Made by a program: the position numbers and the translations under genes. From assembly GCA_964526945.1 (NCBI GenBank), contig CAZGNA010000001.1, forward strand, positions 1 to 62,805: a DNA stretch of 62,805 bases. Reading direction: 5' to 3'. The DNA comes from an uncultured bacterium (GTDB lineage: Bacteria > Sysuimicrobiota > Sysuimicrobiia > Sysuimicrobiales > Humicultoraceae). The notes under the pieces are model-generated. The model saw only the letters and a program-made list of their open reading frames with translations, did not search any database and was not told where the DNA came from. Below are positions 55,608-62,805 of this stretch, piece by piece. The first letter of the stretch is position 1. Every line of letters starts with the position of its first letter.

Positions 55608-57011
55608 GTGAGTCCGACCGCCGCTGAGATCGGCGCCCGACGCTGGCTGCTGGCCGCAGTGGCGGTGGGGAGCCTCCTGCGCCTGGGACTGGCCGCACGG
55701 GTACCGCTCGGTGACGACGAGCTCTACTACCGGCTGTGGGCGCAGCACCTGGCCTGGAGCTATCCCGACCACCCGCCGATGATCGCCGCCGTGGTGGCGA
55801 CCTCCATGCGGTTGGTGGGCGACGGCCCGCTGGGGATCCGTGCTCTCGGCCTGGTGCTGGCCATGCTGGTGCCGCTGGTCGTGTACGCGGCGGGGCGCGC
55901 GCTGCACGGCGAGGTGCCTGGACAGCGCGCCGCCTGGAGCGTGCTGCTGCTGCCCGCGTTCGCCGTGGGCGGCACGTTCGCCTTCCCCGACACGGTGCTG
56001 GCGCTGTGGTGGGCTGTGGGGCTGTGGTGCGGCTGGCGCGCGCTGCAGCGGGGCGGCGTGTGGTGGGTCGCCACCGGCGCCGCGGTGGGCGGCGCGCTGC
56101 TGTCCAAACTCACGGGCCTGGCGCTGGCGCTGGGTATCGGTGGGGCGTGGCTCGCCGCGCGGCCGCGGCCGCGCAACCCCTGGCCCGTCGCGGGTGTCGC
56201 GGTGGCCGTGGCGCTGTGTGCGCCGGTGGTGCTGTGGAACATGCGCCACGACTGGCTGCTGGTGCGGGTCACGCTGGGGCGCGAGCCCTGGACGGGCGGC
56301 GGCACGTGGGCGCAGCGCGTGGCACTGTTCGCCGGCGGGCAGTTCGCGTACTACGGTGTGCTGGCGCCGGTGCTGGTGGCGGCAGCCGTCACGGCGGCGC
56401 GACGCGGACGCGACCTCCGCTGGCGCTACCTGGCGTGGACGAGCCTGCCGCTGCTGGCCGTCATGAGCGCTGCCGCCCTGGGCGGCCGCACCAAACCCCA
56501 CTGGCCGGCACCGGCGTACCTGGCCGCCGCGCTGGCGCTGGGGGGGCTCGAGGAGGCGTGGACGGGCCGGTGGGGGCGCTGGGTGCGCGGGGCTGCGGTG
56601 GTGACCGCGGCGCTGAGCGCGGGGCTGGCCCTGGCGGGACTCTCGCCGTGGGGTGTGGCCGCGGTGGCCCGTGGCATTGGCGACTGGGACCGCGCCGCAG
56701 GCGTGGTGGCACGGCACGCTGCCGCGCTGGCAGGCCCGGTCGTGGTGCTGGCGGACAGCTACCAGGCGGCAAGTCACCTGGCGTATCGTCTGGAGCCACG
56801 GCTGCAGGTGATCGCCGTCGAGCGCGCCTTCCTGGTGTGGCAGCAGATGGACCGGTGGGCGGGCAGGCATGCGGTGGCCGTAGAAGAGCCGGGTGGAACG
56901 CCGCTGGACCTGCCGCGGCGGTGTCGGCGCCTGCGCCGGCTGGAGGACGTGACGCTGGGGCCCGGGCGCGTGGCGACGGTGTGGGCCTGCGAGGGGCTGC
57001 GGTCCCTGTGA
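55608..57011 (+). CDS. glycosyltransferase family 39 (ArnT/PMT-like) membrane protein
   Basis: PLGDDELYYRLWAQHLAWSYPDHPPM is present and the protein is multi-TM. GTG at 55608 follows GGGAGGG; the ORF opens at 55521. Confidence 0.8.
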   Translation: MSPTAAEIGARRWLLAAVAVGSLLRLGLAARVPLGDDELYYRLWAQHLAWSYPDHPPMIAAVVATSMRLVGDGPLGIRALGLVLAMLVPLVVYAAGRALHGEVPGQRAAWSVLLLPAFAVGGTFAFPDTVLALWWAVGLWCGWRALQRGGVWWVATGAAVGGALLSKLTGLALALGIGGAWLAARPRPRNPWPVAGVAVAVALCAPVVLWNMRHDWLLVRVTLGREPWTGGGTWAQRVALFAGGQFAYYGVLAPVLVAAAVTAARRGRDLRWRYLAWTSLPLLAVMSAAALGGRTKPHWPAPAYLAAALALGGLEEAWTGRWGRWVRGAAVVTAALSAGLALAGLSPWGVAAVARGIGDWDRAAGVVARHAAALAGPVVVLADSYQAASHLAYRLEPRLQVIAVERAFLVWQQMDRWAGRHAVAVEEPGGTPLDLPRRCRRLRRLEDVTLGPGRVATVWACEGLRSL

Positions 57012-57031
57012 AGGCGACGTCGGCCGCGTCC

Positions 57032-57061
57032 TTGACGGTGCGTTTTTGCGCTCCATATACT
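57032..57061 (+). promoter_or_regulatory. promoter of tRNA-Val
   Basis: TTGACG (57032-57037), an 18-nt spacer, then TATACT (57056-57061). The tRNA starts 17 nt downstream. Confidence 0.5.
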
Positions 57062-57077
57062 GGGAATGCCTTCCTTC

Positions 57078-57153
57078 GGGCGGTTAGCTCAGCGGTGAGA
57101 GCGCATCCTTCACACGGATGAGGCCGCAGGTTCAAATCCTGCACCGCCCACCA
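57078..57153 (+). tRNA. tRNA-Val (anticodon CAC)
   Basis: Cloverleaf: acceptor GGGCGGT/ACCGCCC, anticodon arm CATCC-TTCACAC-GGATG, T arm GCAGG-TTCAAAT-CCTGC, encoded CCA. Confidence 0.95.
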
Positions 57154-57223
57154 CGGTCGCGGCCGCGTATCTCGTGGGAACGACCCGCCATGGCGAGCAC
57201 GGCGGGTGTGCTGGAGGACGGTC

Positions 57224-58330
57224 GTGCGTGACCCCAGGGTGGAGAAACTGGCCCAGGTGCTGCTGCACTACTCGCTGCGCGTACAGCCCGGGCAGCTGGT
57301 GCGCCTCAGCGGCATTCCGGCCGCCGCGCCGCTGATCGAAGAAGCCTATCTGGCGGCGCTGGCGGCCGGCGCCCACGTGGTGGTCCGCGTGCACCTGGAC
57401 GGACTGGACGAGATCTTCTACAGGCATGCCAGCGACGCGCAGCTGCGGTTCGTCTCGCCGCTGGCTGCCCAGGAGGTCGAGGTGATCGATGCCGACCTCA
57501 GCATCTGGGGGAGCTCGAACACCCGGGCGCTGACCAGTGTGGATCCGAAGCGGCTCGCGCTGCGGCGCGAGGCCACCCGGGGCCTGGTCCAGCGGTTCCT
57601 CGAGCGGGCCGCGGCCGGGGCGCTGCGCTGGGTGGGCACGCAGTACCCCACGCCGGCAGACGCCCAGGAGGCCGAGATGTCCCTGGCGGAGTACGAGGAG
57701 TTCGTGTTCACCGCGGGGAGGCTGGACCACCCGGATCCGGTCGCGGCCTGGGACGCGGTACGGCGCGCCCAGGCCCGGGTGATCGCGCTGCTGGAGGCGA
57801 AGGACGTGCTCCACGTGCGCGGGCCGGACGTGGACCTCACCGTGCGGGTCGGCGGCCGGCGATGGATCAACGCGGCGGGCGAGCACAACTTCCCCGACGG
57901 CGAGGTCTTCACCGGCCCCGTGGAAGATGCCACCGAGGGGTGGATTCGCTTCTCGTACCCTGCGATCTACGGCGGTCGCGAAGTGCAGGGCGTCCATCTG
58001 CGCTTTGCCGGGGGGCGCGTCGTCGAGGCGGATGCGGAGAAGGGGCGGGAGTTCCTCCGGGCGATGCTCGACCTGGACGCCGGCGCCCGCGTCGTGGGCG
58101 AGGTGGCGTTCGGGCTCAACGAGCGGATCACGCGCTTCACGCGCAACATCCTGTTCGACGAGAAGATCGGCGGCACCATGCACCTGGCGCTGGGGGCCGG
58201 GTATCCCGAGACGGGTTCCCGGAACACGTCGGGCCTCCACTGGGACATGATCTGCGACCTGCGCACGGACACCGAGATCGTGGCCGACGGAGAGGTGATC
58301 TACCGGGACGGGCAGTTCCTGGTCTTCTGA
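57224..58330 (+). CDS. aminopeptidase, M29 (AmpS/PepS/aminopeptidase T) family
   Basis: DPRVEKLAQVLLHYSLRVQPGQ..., NFPDGEVFTGP and GGTMHLALG are present. GTG at 57224 lies 6 nt after GGAGG. Confidence 0.85.
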   Translation: MRDPRVEKLAQVLLHYSLRVQPGQLVRLSGIPAAAPLIEEAYLAALAAGAHVVVRVHLDGLDEIFYRHASDAQLRFVSPLAAQEVEVIDADLSIWGSSNTRALTSVDPKRLALRREATRGLVQRFLERAAAGALRWVGTQYPTPADAQEAEMSLAEYEEFVFTAGRLDHPDPVAAWDAVRRAQARVIALLEAKDVLHVRGPDVDLTVRVGGRRWINAAGEHNFPDGEVFTGPVEDATEGWIRFSYPAIYGGREVQGVHLRFAGGRVVEADAEKGREFLRAMLDLDAGARVVGEVAFGLNERITRFTRNILFDEKIGGTMHLALGAGYPETGSRNTSGLHWDMICDLRTDTEIVADGEVIYRDGQFLVF

Positions 58331-58455
58331 GGACAGCGGGGCGCGACGCCGGCCGGGGAGCCCTGGTGGCGCGAGCCCACGCGACGGCGCGCAGACGGCC
58401 GTGCGTCGGACGTCGGGTTCCCGCGCAGCCAGCGGCGGCGCTGCTGGGGGCGGTT

Positions 58456-58728
58456 TCAGGCGCGCTCGAAGTCCTCGATGAGCTCGTCGAACATCTGATG
58501 CGTCTCTTCGCTCACCTGGTCCGCCATCTCGGCGTAGCGCGGGTGCTCCATCGCCTTCGTCTGGATGTTCTGCACCATGGTGGCTTCGATCTCGCGGAGA
58601 AAGGCGATGACCTCGGCGCGCGGGAACTCGCCGAACTCCCCCGCTTTGAGGCGGCGGACGAACTCGTCGAGGCCACGCATCTCGACCTGACAGAGCTGCT
58701 CGTAGATTTCCCACAGCCGCTCAGTCAT
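58456..58728 (-). CDS. hypothetical acidic helical protein (90 aa)
   Basis: This is the ATG-proximal part of ORF 58456..58899 (MTERLWEIYEQLCQVEMRGLDEF...). No motif is recognised. Confidence 0.5.
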   Translation of the reverse strand: MTERLWEIYEQLCQVEMRGLDEFVRRLKAGEFGEFPRAEVIAFLREIEATMVQNIQTKAMEHPRYAEMADQVSEETHQMFDELIEDFERA

Positions 58729-58986
58729 GGCAGACACCCCGCCGCTGTGATCAGTGCGGGTGTTCGTGCGCGCGTGGAAGATTCCTCCTGCGCCGGCCCG
58801 ACCGTCCGGGGGGCATGGACGGTGCCTTGCCTCCGGAGGGGCGCGCGGCTGGCGGCCCGAGTGGTACGGGTGTGAGGCGGTGGGTGCGGGCGTGGGCAAG
58901 GCAACCGACCACGCGGTCGTTTACGAGCGCTCCGATTTGGCGCGGTCGTGGGGCGGCGGGTGCGGTCGGCGTGACGGACGGCGTCC

Positions 58987-59014
58987 TTGCGCCCGCAGGT
59001 AGCTTTGCTAGAAT
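58987..59014 (+). promoter_or_regulatory. candidate promoter of tRNA-Thr
   Basis: TTGCGC (58987-58992), a 16-nt spacer, then TAGAAT (59009-59014). The tRNA starts 14 nt downstream. Confidence 0.4.
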
Positions 59015-59027
59015 GAGAGCCGGTCAG

Positions 59028-59102
<75 letters not shown>

Positions 59103-59143
59103 GGGATGTTCTGCATGGGCAGCTTCAGCCCTGTCGCAAGCTG

Positions 59144-59800
59144 ATGGCGTCGTACTGGGAGGACCCGGAGGTCGTCGAGCGTTTCGCCGCGCGGCCTCCC
59201 GACGCCCGCATGGTCGAGCTGCTGACCGGCGCGCCGCCGCACACGCGGGTGCTCGACCTGGGATGCGCGGGTGGGCGCAACACGGAGTGGCTGGCGCGCG
59301 CGGGCTTCGACGTGTGGGCCTGCGACAGCGCGGCGGCCATGGTGGCGCGGACGCGGGCACGGGTCGCGCCCTACCTCGGCGAGGCGGAAGCCCGGCGACG
59401 GGTGCAGCAGTGCCGGATGGAGGACCTGCACCCGTTCGAGACCGGGGCGTTCGATCTGGTGGTGGCCCTGGGCGTCTACCACGAGGCCGCGGACATGGCG
59501 GCGTGGCATCGTGCGCTGGCCGAGACGGCGCGGGTCCTCGCCCACGGCGGGCGGTTGCTGGTGCAGCAGTTCAGCCCGCGCTCCGATCCCACAGGGCAGG
59601 GCGTCCGCCACCTGGCAGACCACGTGGTCGAGGTCCCCGGCCCCCGGCTGCGGCGGATGGTCCTGCTGGAGCCGGAGGAGCTGGACGCGCTGGTGGCCTC
59701 CCATGGGTTTGCGCCGCTGGCGCCAGCCACGGTCACCAGGCGTTCCACGGATCTGGGCGGCTTCTGGGTCAACGTCCACGGGCTCTACGTCCGCGGGTGA
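59144..59800 (+). CDS. class I SAM-dependent methyltransferase
   Basis: Motif I is VLDLGCAGGRNTEWLARAGFDVWACD, followed by the post-I and motif II pattern. Confidence 0.85.
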   Translation: MASYWEDPEVVERFAARPPDARMVELLTGAPPHTRVLDLGCAGGRNTEWLARAGFDVWACDSAAAMVARTRARVAPYLGEAEARRRVQQCRMEDLHPFETGAFDLVVALGVYHEAADMAAWHRALAETARVLAHGGRLLVQQFSPRSDPTGQGVRHLADHVVEVPGPRLRRMVLLEPEELDALVASHGFAPLAPATVTRRSTDLGGFWVNVHGLYVRG

Positions 59801-59868
59801 CGGTGCGGTCCGGCCGCCCGACGCCGCACGCCGCCACGAGGTATAATGGACTCCGGAGGTGCGCAGGG

Positions 59869-60051
59869 ATGGGCAACGTCGGGCCCATGGAGATGCTGGT
59901 GATCCTGCTGGTGCTCCTGCTGCTCTTCGGCCCCAGTCGCCTGGCGGGGCTCGGTGCGGCCGCGGGCAAGACAATCCGCGAGTTCCGCAAGGCGATGAGC
60001 GAGGTGGAGGAGGAGATCAAGAGCCCCGGGCCGACGCACTCCGACTCGTAA
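59869..60051 (+). CDS. tatA: twin-arginine translocase subunit TatA/E
   Basis: MGNVGPMEMLVILLVLLLLFGPSRLAGLGAAAGKTIREFRKAM is present. GGAGG lies 9 nt upstream and TATAAT is at 59842-59847. The upstream part of ORF 59263..60051 is not coding for this protein. Confidence 0.9.
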   Translation: MGNVGPMEMLVILLVLLLLFGPSRLAGLGAAAGKTIREFRKAMSEVEEEIKSPGPTHSDS

Positions 60052-60143
60052 CCCCGCGTACCCGCGCCCGGCGTGATGCGCCGCACGGCGTGCGCAGGCC
60101 GCGCGCAGCGTGACGGCAGCCGGAGGATTGTGACCCCACGAGC

Positions 60144-61145
60144 ATGACCCGACGTGAGCGCGTCCTGCGGACGCTCGAGGGCGGGCATCCGGACCGCCCG
60201 CCCGTCAGCTTCTGGCGACACTTCCCCGAGGTCGACCACGATCCGGTGCGACTGGCCGAGACGCTGGTGGCGTTCCAGCGTCGGTACGACCTCGACCTGG
60301 TCAAGCTCATGCCCAGCGGCGTCTACGGCGTCGAGGACTACGGGTGCACGGTGGGCGCGCCCGATCCCGCAACCGGTGCCAAGCGCGTCCTGCACACCCC
60401 CGTGGACGGGCCCGATGGCTGGGTGGTGCTGGAACGCGGGCTGCCACCCGACCGCGGGGCCCGCGGTCGCGAGTTGCGGTGCCTGGAGCTGGTGCGGCGG
60501 GCGCTGCGTGGCGACGAGGACGTGCCGGTGCTGCAGACGGTCTTCAGCCCGGCCACCACCGTCGCCAAGGCGGCGGGCCGGGACCGCTGGCTGGCCCTGC
60601 TCCGCAGCGATCCGGCGCGCGCCCATCGGGTGCTGGCCGCGGTCGCCAGGACCGAGCAGGCGTTCGTTGCGGCGTGTCTGGCTGCGGGCGCCGATGGGAT
60701 CTTCTTCGCGACGCAGCTGGCAGGCGACGGGGTGCTCACCGAGCAGGAGTACGCCACGTTCGGCGTGCCCTACGACCTGGTGGCTCTGGCGCCGCTGGCT
60801 GGCCGGCAGCACCTGTCGGTGCTCCACCTGCACGGTGCGCGGCCGCTGTTCCACCTGTTTGCGGACTACCCGCTGCCGATCGTCAACTGGCACGACCGGC
60901 GCACGTCTCCGGATCTCGTGGAGGGCCGCGCCCGCTGGCCGCGGGGTGCGGTGGCCGGCGGGCTCGACGAGCGCGGGGTCGTCCACGACGGCCCTGCAGC
61001 GCGCATCCGCGACGACGTGGTCGCTACCGTCCGGCGCACCGGTGGAGTGCGGCACCTGCTGGCGCCCGGGTGCGTGGTGCCGGTGACCACGCCGGTGGCG
61101 CACCTGGACGCGGTCCGCGCGGCGGTGGCCGGGTTGCCCGCGTAG
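60144..61145 (+). CDS. uroporphyrinogen decarboxylase (URO-D) family protein
   Basis: RERVLRTLEGGHPDRPPVSFW... is present, with URO-D/MtaA-like length and pattern. This is a family-level call only. Confidence 0.75.
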   Translation: MTRRERVLRTLEGGHPDRPPVSFWRHFPEVDHDPVRLAETLVAFQRRYDLDLVKLMPSGVYGVEDYGCTVGAPDPATGAKRVLHTPVDGPDGWVVLERGLPPDRGARGRELRCLELVRRALRGDEDVPVLQTVFSPATTVAKAAGRDRWLALLRSDPARAHRVLAAVARTEQAFVAACLAAGADGIFFATQLAGDGVLTEQEYATFGVPYDLVALAPLAGRQHLSVLHLHGARPLFHLFADYPLPIVNWHDRRTSPDLVEGRARWPRGAVAGGLDERGVVHDGPAARIRDDVVATVRRTGGVRHLLAPGCVVPVTTPVAHLDAVRAAVAGLPA

Positions 61146-61154
61146 CCGGCGCAC

Positions 61155-61964
61155 TCAGGCCCGGGAGCCCAGGTAGGCCCGCTGGACCTCGGGGTGGTGC
61201 AGGATCTCCTCGCCGCTCCCCTCGAACCGGATGCGACCCTGTTCCAGCACGTAGGCCCGATCCGCGTGGCGCAGGGCCGTGCGCGCGTTCTGCTCGACGA
61301 TGAGGAGCGCGATGCCCCTGGCGCGCAGGTCGTGCACGATGCCGTAGACTTCGTCGATGACCTTGGGCGCGAGCCCGATGGTGGGCTCGTCGAGCAGTAC
61401 CAGCCGGGGCTCGAGCAGCAGCACCCGCGCCAGCTCCAGCATGCGGCGCTCGCCGCCCGACAGCACCCGGGCGGGCTGCCGCCGCCGCGCGCGCAGGATG
61501 GGGAAGAGGTCGTACAGGCGGGCGACGTCGTCGCGGACGCGGCGGTCGGTGCGGATGTAGGCGCCCAGCTCCAGGTTCTCCTCCACGGTGAGGTTGGGCA
61601 GGATGCTGTAGCCCTGCATCACGTAGCAGACGCCGCAGCGGAGGATCTCCGGCGGGGTGCGGCCGACGATCGACGCGCCTTCGAAGCGCACGTCGCCCGC
61701 CGAGGGCGTCAGGTAGCCGAAGACCGTCTTGAGCAGGGTGGACTTCCCCGCGCCGTTGGGGCCGATCATCGCCACGATCTCCGCGGGGCGCACCACCAGG
61801 GTGACCCCGCGGAGCACCTCGCGTCGATCGTAGCCGGCGTGCACGTCGACGACCTCGAGCAGCGGCGGCGCGGTGCTGCGGCCCGGTGCCGTGACGGCCG
61901 GGGGCGCCGTCGCCGCCCCGGTGGGCGGGCCGGCAGGGAGGTCCGGGGGGCGCTGGGAGCTCAT
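61155..61964 (-). CDS. livF: branched-chain amino acid ABC transporter ATP-binding protein LivF-like, with Pro/Ala-rich N-terminal extension
   Basis: GPNGAGKSTLLKTVFG, LSGGERRMLELARVLL and LLDEPTIGLAP are present. The ATG at 61964 overlaps the livG stop. Confidence 0.9.
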   Translation of the reverse strand: MSSQRPPDLPAGPPTGAATAPPAVTAPGRSTAPPLLEVVDVHAGYDRREVLRGVTLVVRPAEIVAMIGPNGAGKSTLLKTVFGYLTPSAGDVRFEGASIVGRTPPEILRCGVCYVMQGYSILPNLTVEENLELGAYIRTDRRVRDDVARLYDLFPILRARRRQPARVLSGGERRMLELARVLLLEPRLVLLDEPTIGLAPKVIDEVYGIVHDLRARGIALLIVEQNARTALRHADRAYVLEQGRIRFEGSGEEILHHPEVQRAYLGSRA

Positions 61965-62692
61965 CGGCCGTAGTACAGCTCCCGGACCGTGGCGTTGGCC
62001 TGAATGGCCTCGGGCGGACCCACCGCGACGATCTCGCCGCCCGCCATGAACACCACACGGTGCGCCAGGCTCATGATCAGGTCCATGTTGTGCTCGATGA
62101 CCAGGAACGTGATGCCGGCAGCGTTGAGACGGCGGATGTGCCGGGCGATGGCGTCCACCAGCACGGGATTCACACCCGCGGCCGGTTCGTCGAGCAACAC
62201 CAGGCGGGGCGCGCGCAGCACCACCATGGCCAGGGACAGCAACTTCTGCTGCCCGTAGGAGAGCGCGCCGGCCGGCAGGTCGCGCAGCGGCCACAACCCG
62301 AACTGCTCCAGCAGCCCGCGGGCGCGCTGCTGGACCTGGGGCGGGGCGGGGCGGGTCGAGGCGGTCCACAGGCTCTCCGCCCGGTGCTCCTGGGCGCACA
62401 GCATGTTCTCCCATGTGGTCAGCTCGGGGAAGATGCGGATCGCCTGGAACGTGCGGGCGACCCCTGCCCAGGCCACGCGGTGAGGCTCGCAGGCGGTGAG
62501 CGGGACCTCGGCCAGGTACACCGCGCCGGCGTCGGGGCGGGTGAATCCCGTCACGCAGTCGAACAGGGTGGACTTCCCGGCGCCGTTGGGACCGATGAGG
62601 CCGCAGATCTCGCCGCGGAAGATCTCGAGCGACACGTCCCGCACCGCCTGCACGCCCCCGAAGCGCTTGGAGAGGCCTGCAATGCGCAGCAC
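61961..62692 (-). CDS. livG: branched-chain amino acid ABC transporter ATP-binding protein LivG-like
   Basis: LRIAGLSKRFGGVQAVRDVSL, GPNGAGKSTLFDCVTGF, LSYGQQKLLSLAMVV and LLDEPAAGVNP are present. The reading frame stays open upstream to the window edge. Confidence 0.9.
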   Translation of the reverse strand: MLRIAGLSKRFGGVQAVRDVSLEIFRGEICGLIGPNGAGKSTLFDCVTGFTRPDAGAVYLAEVPLTACEPHRVAWAGVARTFQAIRIFPELTTWENMLCAQEHRAESLWTASTRPAPPQVQQRARGLLEQFGLWPLRDLPAGALSYGQQKLLSLAMVVLRAPRLVLLDEPAAGVNPVLVDAIARHIRRLNAAGITFLVIEHNMDLIMSLAHRVVFMAGGEIVAVGPPEAIQANATVRELYYGR

Positions 62693-62805
62693 GACCGACG
62701 CCGCGGCCGGCGCGGCAGGTGGCGTGTCGGCCGCGGCGGGCAGGGCAGCGGCGGGCGCGGTGGGATGCGCGGTGCCGGCGTCCCCCGGGCGTGTGGGCGA
62801 TGCGT

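Noticed and set aside
62693-62805. An open frame continuing upstream of livG to the window edge. It could be an N-terminal extension or the end of a permease gene.
   Set aside because: The translation is an Ala/Pro-rich low-complexity string. It cannot be resolved without sequence beyond the window.

Overview
This is a very GC-rich bacterial chromosome segment. By eye it is near 70% GC, except for a few A/T-richer promoters and one island. The core synteny looks Firmicutes-like (ychF-rpsF-ssb-rpsR-yybS-rplI-dnaB); I cannot name the organism from the sequence alone.

Layout:
- 1-16.2 kb: an accessory glycan/exopolysaccharide-type locus. It holds a DUF218 gene, GT4 and GT2 glycosyltransferases, three paralogous PaaK/CapK-like adenylate-forming enzymes and a sugar nucleotidyltransferase. 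It also holds a secreted G8/beta-helix protein preceded by a c-di-GMP-I riboswitch, another GT2 and two secreted hypotheticals.
- 16.4-18.8 kb: a NarL-type two-component system plus a membrane protein.
- 18.8-26.2 kb: a heat-shock supercluster, hspR-like/hsp20 followed by dnaK-grpE-dnaJ(no Zn finger)-clpB.
- 26.3-38.7 kb: housekeeping genes. These are a membrane spermidine-synthase-like protein, DUF951, a GAF-GGDEF cyclase, ychF, rpsF-ssb-rpsR, yybS-like, rplI, an intein-containing dnaB and citrate synthase.
- 38.7-43 kb: an alpha/beta hydrolase, a sigma factor plus sensor-less LytS-type kinase plus LytTR regulator, and an SDR.
- 43.3-46.3 kb: tRNA-Glu followed by a decayed Prim-Pol/AAA_25 integrative-element remnant carrying an orphan gene.
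- 46.4-62.8 kb: an AhpD/CMD-family gene with an in-frame UGA at its redox Cys (candidate selenoprotein), a PQQ sugar dehydrogenase, an RND pump plus adaptor, DUF1177, UDG family 5, GT39, tRNA-Val, an M29 aminopeptidase, tRNA-Thr, a methyltransferase, tatA, a URO-D-family gene and livG/livF.

Most notable observations:
- the riboswitch-G8 pairing inside the glycan locus;
- the candidate Sec-UGA with a SECIS-like hairpin;
- the dnaB P-loop intein;
- a duplicated response-regulator start that creates a coupled 20-codon uORF;
- several single-base frame disruptions at short G/C runs, which may be assembly artefacts rather than biology.

Many very long ORFs in the six-frame track are antisense artefacts of high GC and are not reported as genes. 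No CRISPR array or rRNA gene was seen.
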